NCBI GenBank assembly: GCA_964016885.1
Contig: OZ024747.1
Location: forward strand, 38,626,001 to 38,690,000
Reading direction: 5' to 3'
Origin: Eledone cirrhosa
Lineage: Eukaryota
Length of the DNA stretch: 64,000 bases
The position numbers and the translations under genes are program-made. Under the pieces are notes generated by a model that saw nothing but the letters and a program-made list of their open reading frames with translations, was not told the origin of the DNA and ran no database searches. Positions 12,958-29,908 of this stretch are shown in pieces (the stretch's first letter is position 1; every line of letters starts with the position of its first letter).

Positions 12958-14935
12958 AGATCAAAAGATGGTTAAAGGAGTTCAATATATTTTATTATGC
13001 GCATTTCAAAAACAAACATCATCAAACAATAATATTTGTGTTTTCATCAGATAAAACAGGAGAACATGATATGAAGGCTAAAAAAACACTTGTTGATAGT
13101 GCAGTTTTAAATCAACATATGAAAAGTGGTTTTAGATTGATGTGTGATATTGGGAAAAATATTTTATTTAGAGAGGGGGGGAGAGAAAAGGATGAAAAGG
13201 GAAGGAGATGAGAGGGAGAGATGGGTGATAGAGAGAAAGAGATAGTTTTTATAACAGAGAGGAGATATATTTTATATAGAGGGGTTGAAAACCGTTGGAA
13301 GATACTGTATAAATTAAAAATTTTGAAAATTAACGAAGGGAGGATATGTGCGAGGAAAAAATATATTATATTTAGGGAGGGGTGGGGGTGGAAAGGATGA
13401 AAAAAAGGGAGGAGATGAGAGTGAAGGTGGAAAGGGAGAGATGGGTGATAGAGAGAAAGAGATAGTTTTTATAACTGAGAAAAAGATATAATGTTTTAAT
13501 ATAGAGAGGTTGGGAACCGTTGGAAGATAATGTATAAATTAAAGGAATTTGAAAATTAACGAAGGGAAATTATGTATGGAGATAGAGAGAAAAAAATAAC
13601 GAAGGGAGATTATGTATGGAGATAGAGAGAAAAAAATAATAATTGTGGGTGAATATTCTAACGTCAAAAGGAGAAATGTAGGAATTTTAAAATTAGCAAA
13701 GAGAAAAAGTTTGTGTAGAAGGATTTGAGAAAAATAATGTGAAGTTAAAGTTTTTATATTGAATTCATATGTATTAATAATGGGTTCGTTGATGGGGAGA
13801 AAAAAATAATAATAAATTAAGGATGAAATTGAGATTAAAAAGATTTATGATAGAGAGAAAAAATAATAATGATTGCGGATGAATACTCAAAATGTCAAAA
13901 ACAAATGTTATTGTTTTACGAGGAGATATAATGAGGGTGATGAGTAAACGGGTATTATAGAGTGTATAATGCCCTTTAAAGTAAGGTAGATGGGTATAGT
14001 TTAAAGAATATATGAGTATATATTAAGAAAATATATAATAATAAATTAAGGATGAAATTGAGATTAAAAAGATTTATGATAGAGGGAAAAAAAATAATAA
14101 TGATTGCGGATGAATATTCAAAATGTCAAAAACAAATGTTATTGTTTTACGAGAAGATAGGATGAATAAACGAGTATTATAGAGTGTATAATGCCCTTTA
14201 AAGTAAGGTAGATGGGTATATTTTAAAGAGGTGTATGTATATGTGCCTTTGAGAAAAGATTCTAAATTGATAAAGAATTGAATATTAACTGTATACTTTG
14301 TGAAAAGTTCTATGGAATTTATGCAGGCAGATGGAAAACAAATCCGAGCGTCTATTTATTATGGATTCTAGGTTAGAGATAATGGTAAATTTTTCATTTA
14401 GGCAGAGATTACAGATTTTAGATAGAGAACTGTTCAAGTACGAGGATGCAGAAGAAATCTTTTTCCAAAAGATGTTATATTTAATGTTTTTGTCTTTTAA
14501 GGACCATATGAGTTCTGAGAGAGCAGTGTTAGTTCTTTTAAGTTTGTATTTGAAAGATGAATGATGATTATAGAGACGAGCTTTAAAAGAGGTGGAAGTG
14601 GAGCCAAAATAGGTGAAGGAATTGGTGCTAGTTATAATTTTACATTCATAAATTAAGTTTTTATCGAGGCAATGGTTGTTGAGAGGACATTTATTTTTAA
14701 TGCGGCAGTTGCAATTAGAGAGATTATTAATGAGTGATCTAGTGTTATCTATAGAAGGAATTGGATTGGAGAAGTTGTTTGCGATAGGAATAATAGGAAT
14801 AATAGTTTCTTGATTTAGAGTTGGATTATGAACATTTAGCGAAGTTGTGTTTGACGTTGCATTTGGGTTTACAGAAGTTAGCCTAGGGTTTACAATGACG
14901 TCAGGAGTACTATTATTGTTATTATGAGATTCAAT
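12953..14935 (-). mobile_element. Naiad-like PLE 3' fragment: decayed GIY-YIG plus long 3' UTR with internal tandem duplications
   Basis: Minus strand reads SNCNCRIKNKCPLNN, CNLCLNEKFTI and INRRSDLFSICLHK; HHR near the end. Confidence 0.75.
12990..13056 (-). ncRNA. Minimal hammerhead ribozyme
   Basis: ttttat-CTGATGA-aaacacaaat...atgtttgttttt-GAAA-tgcgca-TA-ataaaa. Confidence 0.75.
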
Positions 14936-14975
14936 ATTGGAATTGCTTTATTGTACTACAATAAAACTCACCTCC

Positions 14976-15010
<35 letters not shown>

Positions 15011-15014
<4 letters not shown>

Positions 15015-15595
15015 ACTAGAAATTGATTGACATATATATATATTTAAAATAAACGCATGAAACAATAACAGGGGATAATTTGTAGAGTGTGTAATCACAA
15101 AAAACTAGGTAGGTAACTAATTAAAGTTTAACCCGAGCCTCAAATATTACCTTTAAAAAATGATTAATCCTCCTTGTATATATTTCATAAAAAAATATAT
15201 TTCACCATCAGTCCGTAACGTTACAGTAGTCAAATCCTGGATCTTCAGCAAGGGAGAAGTTTTAACTATCTGTGTTTACACATATAATGCAAATCTGCGA
15301 GTGACCCATCGCAGGTGTTGCAATTCTAAAACTACTAAGAACATGCTAGCGTCATACCAGTGGCGTGAATAGGGAGATCGACTGCTATAAATAGCAGCCG
15401 AGTCCTTTCAACTGAGTTAGCTCTAAAATTAAGGATTAATCATTTTTTAAAAGGTAATACTTGAAGCTCTGGTTAAACTTTAATTAGTTACCTACATAGC
15501 TATATGTGATTACACACTTTACAAATTATCCCCTGTGATTGTTTCATGTGTTTATTTTAAATATATATATATATGTCAATCAATTTCTAGTTGAT
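15011..15595. repeat. About 160-bp inverted repeat pair (15011-15170 / 15432-15595)
   Basis: Arms are reverse complements with scattered mismatches. Confidence 0.75.
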
Positions 15596-16374
15596 ATAAA
15601 ATGCTCGGATCTATTCATTGGAATCTTTGAGCTTATTCTACGGTGGATATGGCGCATGTCTCGGACACGACTACCTTAATTTAATTTAATTTAATTAATT
15701 TTGTATAATATATATCTAAATCTAATTTTGTATAATATATATCGAAATCTTTGGTCATCTTCTACAATCTGTTCTCTGATATTTTGTTTCCCTTATATGT
15801 GCACACAATCCGAAAAATACATTGCACACATCATATAGGCGATTTGTATTTCCATCACTTTCACACGACTCTGCTTATTTCACACGACTTCCATTTATTG
15901 GGCATCGGAATTAAGATAAATATGTAGATTATTTTCGAAACATAGAGTCAAGTATTAAATTAAGTAAATTGCGTATTAATGATTGAAAATAAATATTTAG
16001 ATGCTGAAAATAAATGTGCATAAGGATAGAAATTATAAATATTAAAAGTGAATATTTTCCCTTCTTTTTCCTATGTAGTATACAATTCACAAAGCCAAGA
16101 TGATGTAGCACAGAAAAAAGGAGAGACACAAAATAAAAACCCAGTCGCTGTAGAGAGCACAGAATGTGTGACGAAAGAGCTTTGACAATATATAAACAAG
16201 CGTCCGTTTATCAAGCCAACGAACCAACCAACCGGAAATTCATGATAAATTGAAGTGAAACCCGACATATGCGTGTGTTTTATTGGCAGTGTGACCCACC
16301 CAAATTATAAGAATATCTGTTTCAACACTCGTTTTCAGATACAAGATCTTGCAGAACAGATTAAAAAAAGAAGT

Positions 16375-16449
<75 letters not shown>

Positions 16450-16456
<7 letters not shown>

Positions 16457-16780
16457 ATACTTTGGGAGGGTCATGTTGCCAATAAGAAACACACGCACCA
16501 GTTGCTTTCACTTCAATTTATTATATATTTATAAATTTATAAATTTACAAATCTACAAACTTATAAATTTCTGGTTGGTTGGTTGGTTCCACAACCAGAT
16601 AGTTGTTTATATAAGTTTGTAGATTTGTAAATTTATAAATTTATAAATATATAATAAATTGAAGTGAAAGCAACTGGTGCGTGTGTTTCTTATTGGCAAC
16701 ATGACCCTCCCAAAGTATAACAATATCGGTTTCAACACACGATTTCAGATAAAGAATCTTGCTAAACAAATTCAGAAACG

Positions 16781-16785
<5 letters not shown>
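16450..16785. mobile_element. Miniature bipolar insertion made only of two 3' termini of the PLE family at 21539-23743 / 58146-62133
   Basis: 16450-16612 (-) and 16610-16785 (+) match the element termini; (TA)n both sides; older related copy at about 16100-16375. Confidence 0.8.
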
Positions 16786-16838
<53 letters not shown>

Positions 16839-16888
16839 AATAACATTTCGCTTCAAGCATAGCTTAATACAATATATATATGAATGTT

Positions 16889-17230
16889 GTATCTCCAAAG
16901 AAATACGGTTTTAGGAAGCCGTAGCTATGCAAACACCGGGGGAAGCGAAGTCTTATTTCTTTTCTATTATAAGTTGAGCCATCCTATGCAGCTTCATATG
17001 CAAATGAAATTAATCACCTCATTTACACAGACGAGAAATGTATATATTCTCGCCTGTCTTCTAGTCCAGTAGTCGCAAGCGGTGGGAGGGATCCTCTGAC
17101 GATTGCCAGTCACACCTGAAATGCATAGACGGCTGTCCCCCTTGCTTCTGCTGGACAACATCAAAGGGCGTTAGCCCCCCAGTGTTTGCATAGCTACGGC
17201 TTCCTAAAACCGGATTTCTTTGGAGATACG
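16889..17230. repeat. Short element with about 55-bp terminal inverted repeats (MITE-like or bipolar terminal pair)
   Basis: gtatctccaaagaaat..aggaagccgtagctatgcaaacac.ggggg and its reverse complement at 17175-17230. Confidence 0.6.
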
Positions 17231-18659
17231 AAATTTTTATACATATATATATACGTATATAAGGAAAAAAGATGAAATATATATATATGTGTGTGTGTGT
17301 CTGATGATCATAATGACAATGAGAAATGTAAGCAAGCATATACAGAGTGCTAGATATTCATTTATGTTTATTTAGGTTACCTTTAGTTATTTGGTAGAAA
17401 GGGATACTTTTGCCTCTCTCTTTGTATCTACCTTTTCTATCGATACCTGTCTGCCTATCACAATATGCTTACAACAATGTACAAGATACGATGGAAATAA
17501 TCGACACTTTTAATATAGCGAGTTTGCACTAGAACTCATGACACACGTGCACGTGCGCATATATTTTTAATACATTTTATGTATACATATATATATGTAT
17601 ATATGTGTAGTGTTTATAATTATTTATATAAATACACATATATGTTTATATGTGTAGTGTTTATAATTATTTATATAAATACACACACACATACACACAC
17701 ACATATATATATGTATACATATTAAGAGAGAAGTTCATATATTAAAATATTTTGAAATTCTACATGCGTTTAAAAATATAAAATTCTACTGATGACATGA
17801 ACATACGCATGAAATAATATTTAAAATTTTATGTTAAAGATGAAAGAAGAATCAATGTTTTAGAAATATATTTGAAGAAAAATTATAATTATGTATGTAA
17901 CTTATAAACAGATAAAGGTGATAAAATGTTAAAGGTAAGAACACGGAAAAAAAGTGAAAACAGAGTAAACAAAAATGATAAATAGAAAGCATTAGATATG
18001 TTTCTGGCAGTATTAGATTATAATTTATACACATACATAAGTACCAATATGTTAGTTCCAAAAACGTTTCGGTGCTAGGTGTATATTTTCGTTGGCAACT
18101 AAAATATGAAAAATGACGCGTATGAATATAAGATATGTAATAATATATAAAAACACAAATTTAACATTGTAAATTATAAATATAAATATATTACAATACA
18201 ACATAGCAGCAATTGTGAAAATGTTTAAGAAATATAAAAGTAGAAATTGTGAGGAGGAATGTAAAGACAAATAGGAGAGTAGGAAGAATGGAAACGTATA
18301 TACGTTTGGAGAAATAAAAAAAGTGAAATAAAAGACTACTTCTATCGTATATAGACAAATGTTCAGAGGAAGAAGAAGCACAATAGATGGAAACATTTTT
18401 CTGAAGTTTAGATTTTTATTCTGATCTAGAAACCTTGTAAATTTAGCTTTTTTCAAATTTAAAATGAAATTCTTATTGCATGTTAGGAATATGAAGCTGA
18501 TCAACTGATTATTAACTCTATGGTTAATATGACTCAGTCTATTCTGAATCGGTTTCAGATTTACATATACAATCATTAGAATTGTGTAATTAATATTTAC
18601 ATAGTTTCATATTTAATAATTATTCATTATACTATGATTTCTCCTATAGTTTTGCCCTT

Positions 18660-19180
18660 ACATACAGGAACGTGCAAGCAAGCGAATACCTTCCATCAGG
18701 CATCATCCATACTCTGAACACCTTGCTTCCCTGGGCATGGATACATTGAAGCTCCGACGTCTGGCAACTGACTTGGTAAACACTCATAAAATGATTAATC
18801 ATATTGCCAACAACAACCCTGAGTACCTTTTTGATTTCCATGTGTCTAACACACGTGGGCATGCCAATAAAGTCAGAAAACAGCACAGCTTCCATGACTT
18901 TTGGAAACATCCTTTCATGCTCAGAGTTGCTGTAGCATGGAACAAAATACCTGCATCAGTTATTAGCTGTCGAGACACTGCATCCTTTAAAACCTCCATG
19001 CTTCCTGAGATTCACCAACACTACACCTATATTCCCCCTCCATACACACGCACACATGTATATAATGACTCATACACTATTCACTTCCCTGACATTTGTA
19101 TATTATTCTATGTACTATACATGCACCTTTGATGAGTTATAGTGCACCTGAGCACCGTACACAATGATTTCATTACTATT
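18660..19180 (+). mobile_element. CR1/L2-type LINE 3' end fragment
   Basis: LGMDTLKLRRLATDLVNTHKMI..NTRGH..LRVAVAWNKIPASV..SFK, typical of the CR1 ORF2 C-terminus. Confidence 0.8.
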
Positions 19181-21396
19181 ATCATAATCTCAAATATATG
19201 ATCTTATATAAAATTATTCAAATTTGATTGTATTGTTTGTTTTAAAATTTCCTTATAATGATTCTCTGTTAAATCCCAACCACTCTATTCGCATATCATC
19301 AACGATGAAATAGGATTTGGCAGTTCGCGAATCTTCAGTATTGTTGATATTTTTCTTATGAACAGCAGATTAAGATGTTCTCTTCGTTTTTGTCGCTTCT
19401 GGTAAGCTTGCTTATAACGTAATCCTTTGTATATAGTTTGCCTATATTATTTCTGTTGCCTATAAAATAAAGTACGAGTAATGCACTGGGTAATTGCTGG
19501 CCTTGTGCCTAAAGTAGAAACAATTAGTTCTGTTGCCTATATTATTTCTGTCTCTTTTTCCTGTATCCCCTGACAAAATTCAGATCTGTGTCGGAATGCA
19601 ATTGGGCAGTTTTAATTAATTGTTAATCCTTTCTTTTATATTCCTATATAGACAGATCTGTCCGTATTTATCCATTCTCTCTTCTTTTCATTACTTGATT
19701 TTGCTTGTATCCTTTTTTAATATTTTCCCCCATTGTATACCTTTGTTTGTAAAATATAATTGACTTTTTAGCATCTAAATCATTAATGCCACACATGATT
19801 CATATCTTATTATTAACGTGTTGAATCATAACTAATTACTATTTGAAGGTATTTTAGGAATACTCTCTAAATGAATATTTTATACAGATAGAAATGTTTA
19901 TTATAATAAACATTTCTATCAATTTTATTGTTACATCTATATTTGCAATCCTGTTTTTCATGCACTGTAACCTTTTCAATACATTTTGGCATTATTTACT
20001 AAAGCACTTTTCTAGATATAATAATTTAATTTACAATATACTTCTTGATTAATTCTTGTTTTCTTTCATTGAATAGATATAATCAACATTTTCTCATCCA
20101 GTTAAAATTCCAATCCAGACTTTATACATAAATTCATAATCTTCATCCAATAACATCTTATCGTTCATGACATTGCAACTATTAATTATCATATGCTGTT
20201 TTCGAAACACTTTAGTGATTCGTACATAATGAACATTATAAGAATTGATATATCTTAACAACCAAATATGTTGAGTTGTCTGGTAAAATCTATTTCAATG
20301 TTATTATAAGCTATGCTCATTGCAAAACAGATTTGAGGGACATGAACTATGAAAGCCATCGACAATATTTCAAATTTACTTTTAAATTCAATTATACAAA
20401 TACATTCATTCACGATGTACGATGCCTATTTAACCTCTTACATTGTAAGAATTTTTTCTCATGTATGCTTAAGCTGTATTTACTTATACTGGTTGTTGTA
20501 TATATTTACTTACAATGAATTAAATCAATTATTGTAAAAAATCCTCCAATATCTAGATGTTTCTGAAAGTAATTAAGGATGCTACCTTTGCAAGCACATT
20601 CATTCTCTACAAAACCCAAAATTCCAAAATCCATATTCAACATTTTAATTAAATTGGGCGTAAATGCAATCATAACTTTTGTGCGAGAAGTTAACTTGTA
20701 TCAGAATTCAACCGTTACGGGAAAGAACAGATGGGCAACACTAACCTTTATGTTGATGCAGGGTACAAATGAAGATAGTTTTCGGGATTCCATATGAAAA
20801 TAGCAGGTGTGTGTGTGTAGCCAATTTATCTTTCAAAGACAAGTAAACATTACGCAGTGGATGATACAAAGAGAAAATGTGATAAACAACCAAATAATTT
20901 TCATGACATCAGCATTTACACTTCAATGCATTTGGCATATACTTAGCTGATGATGAAATATGAATCGATTAAATACAATAATATTTGTAGCTATAGCAGT
21001 TTCTCACTTTGCATCGATAATATGAAGAACTGTTGATCTTGTATATATGCCTTACGCTCACACACTATACCCGTTTTAAATGAAGGTAATAGATTGAAAC
21101 GACTCAAAAAAATGAATATAATGAATATAAATTACATGATAGATTATCCATCTGATAGTGGCTATCGATGAAGCAGTAATATGTAGAAACAGTAATGTAT
21201 TAAAACGGATATAGATGATAGTGTATAAATATGAATATAAGGTTTTGTGTCTCTAACAACAGGTCTTCCATTTCTTATAAAAATCAACAAACCGTTTATA
21301 CATAGACACACAAATACATTCCCACACATATAGAATATGCATGTATACATACAAAGATACATACATACGTACATACATATAACACACACACCACAC

Positions 21397-23743
<2,347 letters not shown>

Positions 23744-23744
23744 A

Positions 23745-23780
<36 letters not shown>

Positions 23781-24020
23781 AAACAGTCGGAGGCTCATGG
23801 ATAACACTAAGATTAGACATAACCACAAAGCGCAAGCGAACCTATCGATAGACGGGTCTAGAAGAATTTTGATGAAGTTTATCTATATTTATTTCTTCAA
23901 ACTTACATTTTAGACTTAGTTCCGTTTAATTGATTATTTGTCTAGTTAATTTCTACGGACTAAGAGAAAAGACAAGGTCAATTTTATCTGACTGTTATTC
24001 ACAGAGGAAAGTATTTAACT

Positions 24021-24095
<75 letters not shown>

Positions 24096-24130
24096 TAATA
24101 AGAATCAAAGAACTGTTCAAACCATTTTTA

Positions 24131-24177
24131 TGCTTACAACTGTTTCCTCCAAACCGAGGTTTGGATTCTTCGGAGCA
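24131..24177 (-). ncRNA. Hammerhead motif with CCGAAGA core
   Basis: tgct-CCGAAGA-atccaaacc.tc.ggtttggag-GAAA-cagttg-TA-agca. Confidence 0.65.
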
Positions 24178-24889
24178 ATTTATTATTGAATGAACACTTA
24201 TATGACCTCCTTTTCACCCAATAGACATACAGATACATATGCAAATATTGTGGGTGAACATTCATTACAGCATTTAGTGTGGCAGTACACATTTAGAGAT
24301 TACATTCATATTAAAAGATAGAATCAAAAATACAGGTTAAAATACAACATGAAATTAAGCGGTTATAGAGTGCAATTGTTATATGTGTGGCAAGCACGTG
24401 CGTCTTGTTTATATAGTGTGGCAGAGAGTTACGTGTAATAGAAGCACTTAAGCAGGTGATCAAGAGTGTTAAGAGGGTTGATCTGGTAATGAATTCTTTA
24501 TATGATTGTTATAGCCTGTGTGTGGAGAAATAATATATGTATTTAAAAATAATGTAAGCATTAAAAATATTGTAAATGAGTAGCGAAGCGATGATATGGA
24601 TTTCATGCACTGCGACATTTTCATAGTCTGGGGAGCGTATTTTTCAGATGATATGCCCCTCACATAATCCACGACGATTCGATATTGGGCGTTTGACAAT
24701 CCAGTTAGAGAATCGTAGCTCTGTAAATCATCTGATGTTATTACATTGAGTTGTTTAACTTACTGGTAATAAGGTAGTAATATATTACTGCCTACCACTA
24801 TTTAGGGTTTATAAAAATATATATAACTACAAAAGGTTTTTGTATTTGCATAACCATAGATAGTATAATTAATACTATATATATATATA

Positions 24890-24992
<103 letters not shown>

Positions 24993-24993
24993 A

Positions 24994-25110
<117 letters not shown>

Positions 25111-25128
25111 GGATATATATATGTATAC

Positions 25129-25179
<51 letters not shown>

Positions 25180-25359
25180 TATATATATATATAACGGAGG
25201 AAATGTGGTAAGGAACCAGGTGGACCATAATGCACCAAAGTACTCAATACTTAGGGTAGTCGAGTGGGTAATAGGAACGAGTAGGACCCCAACGGCTGAG
25301 CTCAAGTCAAGAATTAGCCATCGAAACGGCTTGAGCTCAGCTGTCGGGTTCCTACTCGT

Positions 25360-25521
<162 letters not shown>

Positions 25522-26675
25522 AATTAAGTTAAAAGTGTACATCCACATATGTATACTGAAATACTAGTATGCATATGAATACACACACGTGTACATATGT
25601 ACATGTACCGAGTTTTTCACTGGACATTTTACTGTGAGTGTTCAGCTAGTCTGTATGTAAACACACAGACAAAACGGTTTTTAGAGTCATACTGGTTTTC
25701 GAGGAAACACCTTTCCTCTATTCTCCAGTAAGCCAGACAGGAATATTGGACTACTTTCGATGTTGTTACATCTCATCAGCAATATTTACCTATCCTCCGG
25801 CCTTTCTAGAGAATCGTAAAAGCACATATCGTTATATGCCTTTTCTATGAAAATTAGTAGTGGGCAGACTAATTTGCATAGAGCGTGAGTACGTAGCGGT
25901 TCAGCGGAGACGATAAAAACAAATAACGAAACGAAATTAAATTTCGTTTCGTTTGTAACTCACTTTTGTATGACTGACGCTTAAACAATTAAGTTAAAAG
26001 TGTACATCCACATATGTATACTGAAATACTAGTATGCATATGAATACACACACGTGTACATATGTAGATGTACCGAGTTTTTCATTCACTGGACACTTTA
26101 CTGTGAGTGTTCAGCTAGTCTGTATGTAAACACACAGACAAACCGGTTTTTAGAGTCATACTGGTTTTCGAGGAAACACCTTTCCTCTATTCTCCAGAGA
26201 GCCAGACAGGAATATTGGACTAGTTTCGATGTTGTTACATCTCATCAGTAATATTTACCTATCCTCCGGCCTTTCTAGAGAATCGTAAAAGCACATATCG
26301 TTATATGCTTTTTCTATGAAAATTAGTAGTGAGCAGACTAATTTGCATAGAGCGTGAGTACGTACCGGTTCAGCGGAGACGATAAAAACAAATAACGAAA
26401 CGAAATTAAATTTCGTTTCGTTTGTAACTCACTTTTGTATGACTGACGCTTAAACAATTAAGTTAAAAGTGTACATCCACATATGTATACTGAAATACTA
26501 GTATGCATATGAATACACACACGTGTACACATGTAGATGTACCGAGTTTTTCACTGGACACTTTACTGTGAGTGTTCAGCTAGTCTGTATGTAAACACAC
26601 AGACAAACCGGTTTTTAGAGTCATACTGGTTTTCGAGGAAACACCTTTCCTCTATTCTCCAGAAAGCCAGACAGG

Positions 26676-26720
26676 AATATTGGACTAGTTTCGATGTTGT
26701 TACATCTCATCAGCAATATT
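26676..26720 (-). ncRNA. Hammerhead ribozyme (family B); copies at 25742-25786 and 26211-26255 each carry one substitution
   Basis: Reverse complement of the 27053 motif. Confidence 0.9.
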
Positions 26721-27052
26721 TACCTATCTACCGGCCTTTCTAGAGAATCGTAAAAGCACATATCGTTATATGCTTTTTCTATGAAAATTAGTAGTGGGCA
26801 GACTAATTTGCATAGAGCGTGAGTACGTACCGGTTCAGCGGAGACGATAAAAACAAATAACGAAACGAAATTAAATTTCGTTTCGTTTGTAACTCACTTT
26901 TGTATGACTGACGCTTAAACAATTAAGTTAAAAGTGTACATCCACATATGTATACTGAAATACTAGTATGCATATGAATACACACACGTGTACATATGTA
27001 GATGTACCGAGTTTTTCACTGGACACTTTACTGAAAGGCCGGAGGATAGGTA

Positions 27053-27097
27053 AATATTGCTGATGAGATGTAACAACATCGAAACTAGTCCAATATT
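27053..27097 (+). ncRNA. Canonical minimal type I hammerhead ribozyme (family B)
   Basis: aatattg-CTGATGA-gatgt.aaca.acatc-GAAA-ctag-TC-caatatt; palindromic ACTAGT, GUC site. Confidence 0.92.
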
Positions 27098-27517
27098 CCT
27101 GTCTGGCTTTCTGGAGAACAGAGGAAAGGTGTTTCCTCGAAAACCAGTATGACTCTAAAAACCGGTTTGTATGTGTGTTTACATACAGACGAGCTGAACA
27201 CTCACAGTAAAGTGTCCAGTGAAAAACTCGGTACATCTACATATGTACACGTGTGTGTATTCATATGCATACTAGTATTTCAGTATATATATGTGGATGT
27301 ACACTTTTAACTTAATTGTTTAAGCGTCAGTCATACAAAAGTGAGTTACAAACGAAACGAAATTTAATTTCGTTTCGTTATTTGTTTTTATCGTCTCCGC
27401 TGAACCGGTACGTACTCATGCTCTATGCAAATTAGTCTGCCCACTACTAATTTTCATAGAAAAAGCATATAACGATATGTGCTTTTACGATTCTCTAGAA
27501 AGGCCGGAGGATAGGTA

Positions 27518-27562
27518 AATATTGCTGATGAGATGTAACAACATCGAAACTAGTCCAATATT
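27518..27562 (+). ncRNA. Hammerhead ribozyme (family B)
   Basis: Identical to 27053-27097. Confidence 0.92.
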
Positions 27563-27853
27563 CCTGTCTGTCTTTCTGGAGAATAGAGGAAAGGTGTTTC
27601 CTCGAAAACCAGTATGACTCTAAAAACCGGTTTGTCTGTGTGTTTACATACAGACGAGCTGAACACTCACAGTAAAGTGTCCAGTGAAAAACTCGGTACA
27701 TCTACATATGTACACGTGTGTGTATTCATATGCATACTAGTATTTCAGTATACGTATGTGGATGTACACTTTTAACTTAATTGTTTAAGCGTCAGTCATA
27801 CAAAAGTGAGTTACAAACGAAACGAAATTGAATTTCGTTTCGTTATTTGTTTT

Positions 27854-27888
<35 letters not shown>

Positions 27889-27889
27889 A

Positions 27890-29335
27890 TATTGCTTTTG
27901 CGTGTGTGTATATTGTTTTGTTTGATGTGTGATGTGTGTTCGTGATTGGGTGACTAATGTGTGTTTATGTGTTTGTTGTTACTGTGCTTGTGTATGTATT
28001 TATTTATTTATTTACTTAATTATTTTATTTTATTTTATTTACTTATTTATACTTCTCTTAGGTCAGTGTTGTTTGTTTGGGTGTTGTTGTTATTCCATTC
28101 ATTCTTTCTGTTTAGTCTTGGTCTTCTAATTTCTATTTCACTGGCCTCTCTGATTTTCCTATCTGCTGGGTCATTTCTATGTTTAGATATTATTCTAATT
28201 TCTATGTTGTCTATGTTACCGTCATGTTGTTGTCTGACATCTTCGTATAGTACTGCCCCGTTTTTTCGTCCTTTTAGTTCCCCCCAGTGTTGGTCTATCC
28301 TTTCACCTATGCTACGAGCTGTCTCACCTATGTATGTTGTTGTCATGTTTCTGCAGGTAACCTCTGTACATCTCATGCTATAGACTACGTTCTAGTTTTA
28401 CAGTTTATCCGGGGGCTTACCTTACATATGATACATTTTCTATTGGTACAGTGGGTTTTCTTAAAAGGGTAGGTTTTGCTGATCAGGGATTTTATGGTGG
28501 TTCCTGGCTTTTCTACCACCTTAATTTTTAAGTGGGTCTTTCTAAGGGCCTTTCTACACTGGTTAGCTAATATCCTTCCAGGGGTAGCGTCCACAGACAT
28601 GACACTCTGGTATCTCTGGTTGTCGTACCATGAGGTGGCTTTCCCTATCTTATGTCTAGCCCTATCTAAGCTATTCCATGATTTGCTCCTGTATAATGGG
28701 GAAATGCCTTTCATGTCCAGTTCTATGAGGGTCTCATACTTCTCCATGGCTCCTTCGTATACTCTGACTCTGTCTCTTGGGTTGTAGCCAGAGAACTGCA
28801 TGCGGTTGATGAAGTGTTGAAAGTGTCTTTCCATTTCTGTTGCTGTTGGGTCGCACATGCGGGACACATTCTTCATCACTCGTACCAAATCTGCGATCAG
28901 AATATTAAACTTAGCACTACTGGACATTACTGAGTTTTTGAGTATCAGGTATTTGGAGGCCATGGTTTTAGTATAGTGTGAGTGGAGAATTTGGGCTCTC
29001 TCGTCTATAGTGTTAATCCAGAGTTCTGTGTCTAATACAGGTAGTCTATTGTTAGGGTGTTTGGAAGGGAAGTCGATAGTTACAGTTATACTCTGGCGTA
29101 TGGAATTAGCTATCTGCTGGATGCTTTCCATTGTGCTACGTTCTAAATCAAACTTGTTAGTGCTCTCTAGTGGGGATGTTCTTATAACTATATTGATATC
29201 GTCTACATAACGAGAGTACATGATGAGGTCTATGGAGCTCTCATTAAGGAGATCTTTAAGTCTCCTTTCCCACCATACCATGAAAAAGTTGGCAACATCA
29301 CCAGCTATGCTGAGGCCAATGGCTGCTCCTTCTTT
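27890..29335 (-). pseudogene. 5'-truncated PLE RT-GIY-YIG (Nematis/Neptune-like subfamily), frameshifted
   Basis: GAAIGLSIAGDVAN, YSRYVDD, LPVLD, CTNRKCIIC, YIGETAR in ORFs 28385-29347 and 28047-28376. Confidence 0.85.
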
Positions 29336-29908
29336 TCTCTTGACCATTATCTTTCACTTATCATAAAATTCTCTAAAAAGGCTACAGAACGGATTTCCAA
29401 ATAAGGGCACGAAAATTTAATGAAAACTTGTTCACGTGACAGCCATAATTTAATTTATAACCAACCAAAAAAAAGCCCTCGTGAGCCCCTTTTTTCAAAT
29501 AAAAAGAAATTCAAACACTCATATATGAAAAAAAACAACCTGTGACCCCCCCCCCCCCCGCTGTTATTTGAAGAACTATTGTAACGCGAACTGGCGCGAA
29601 ATTTATTATAATTATTGACAAACCAATCAAATTACTTCTCGAAAAACCTGGCATTTCGAGCAAATTTTCCATATAAAACAAGTAACATTCAGAGACCAAC
29701 CAGATGTGAGGAAAACCACGGACCCTCCATCTCAACTCACCTTTTGAAAAGCAGGAGAACTGCGAAACTGGTAAAGGAACCAAATAAATATATATATTTA
29801 AAAAAAAAATAAGACTCCAGCTGCATTTTCGATTTCATCTCTTCTTCTTTATACTTTCACTAGTGTAGGACACCGCGGTTATTTTTCAATTTGTAAAAGA
29901 AACATCAC

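Noticed and set aside
17095-17135. CTGACGA...GAAATGCATA hammerhead-like core
   Set aside because: Stems I and II do not pair
26054-27701. Repeated 65-102 aa ORFs (..HWTLYCECSAS..) in the family B units
   Set aside because: Antisense to the ribozyme, non-ATG starts, and disrupted by indels or stops between copies
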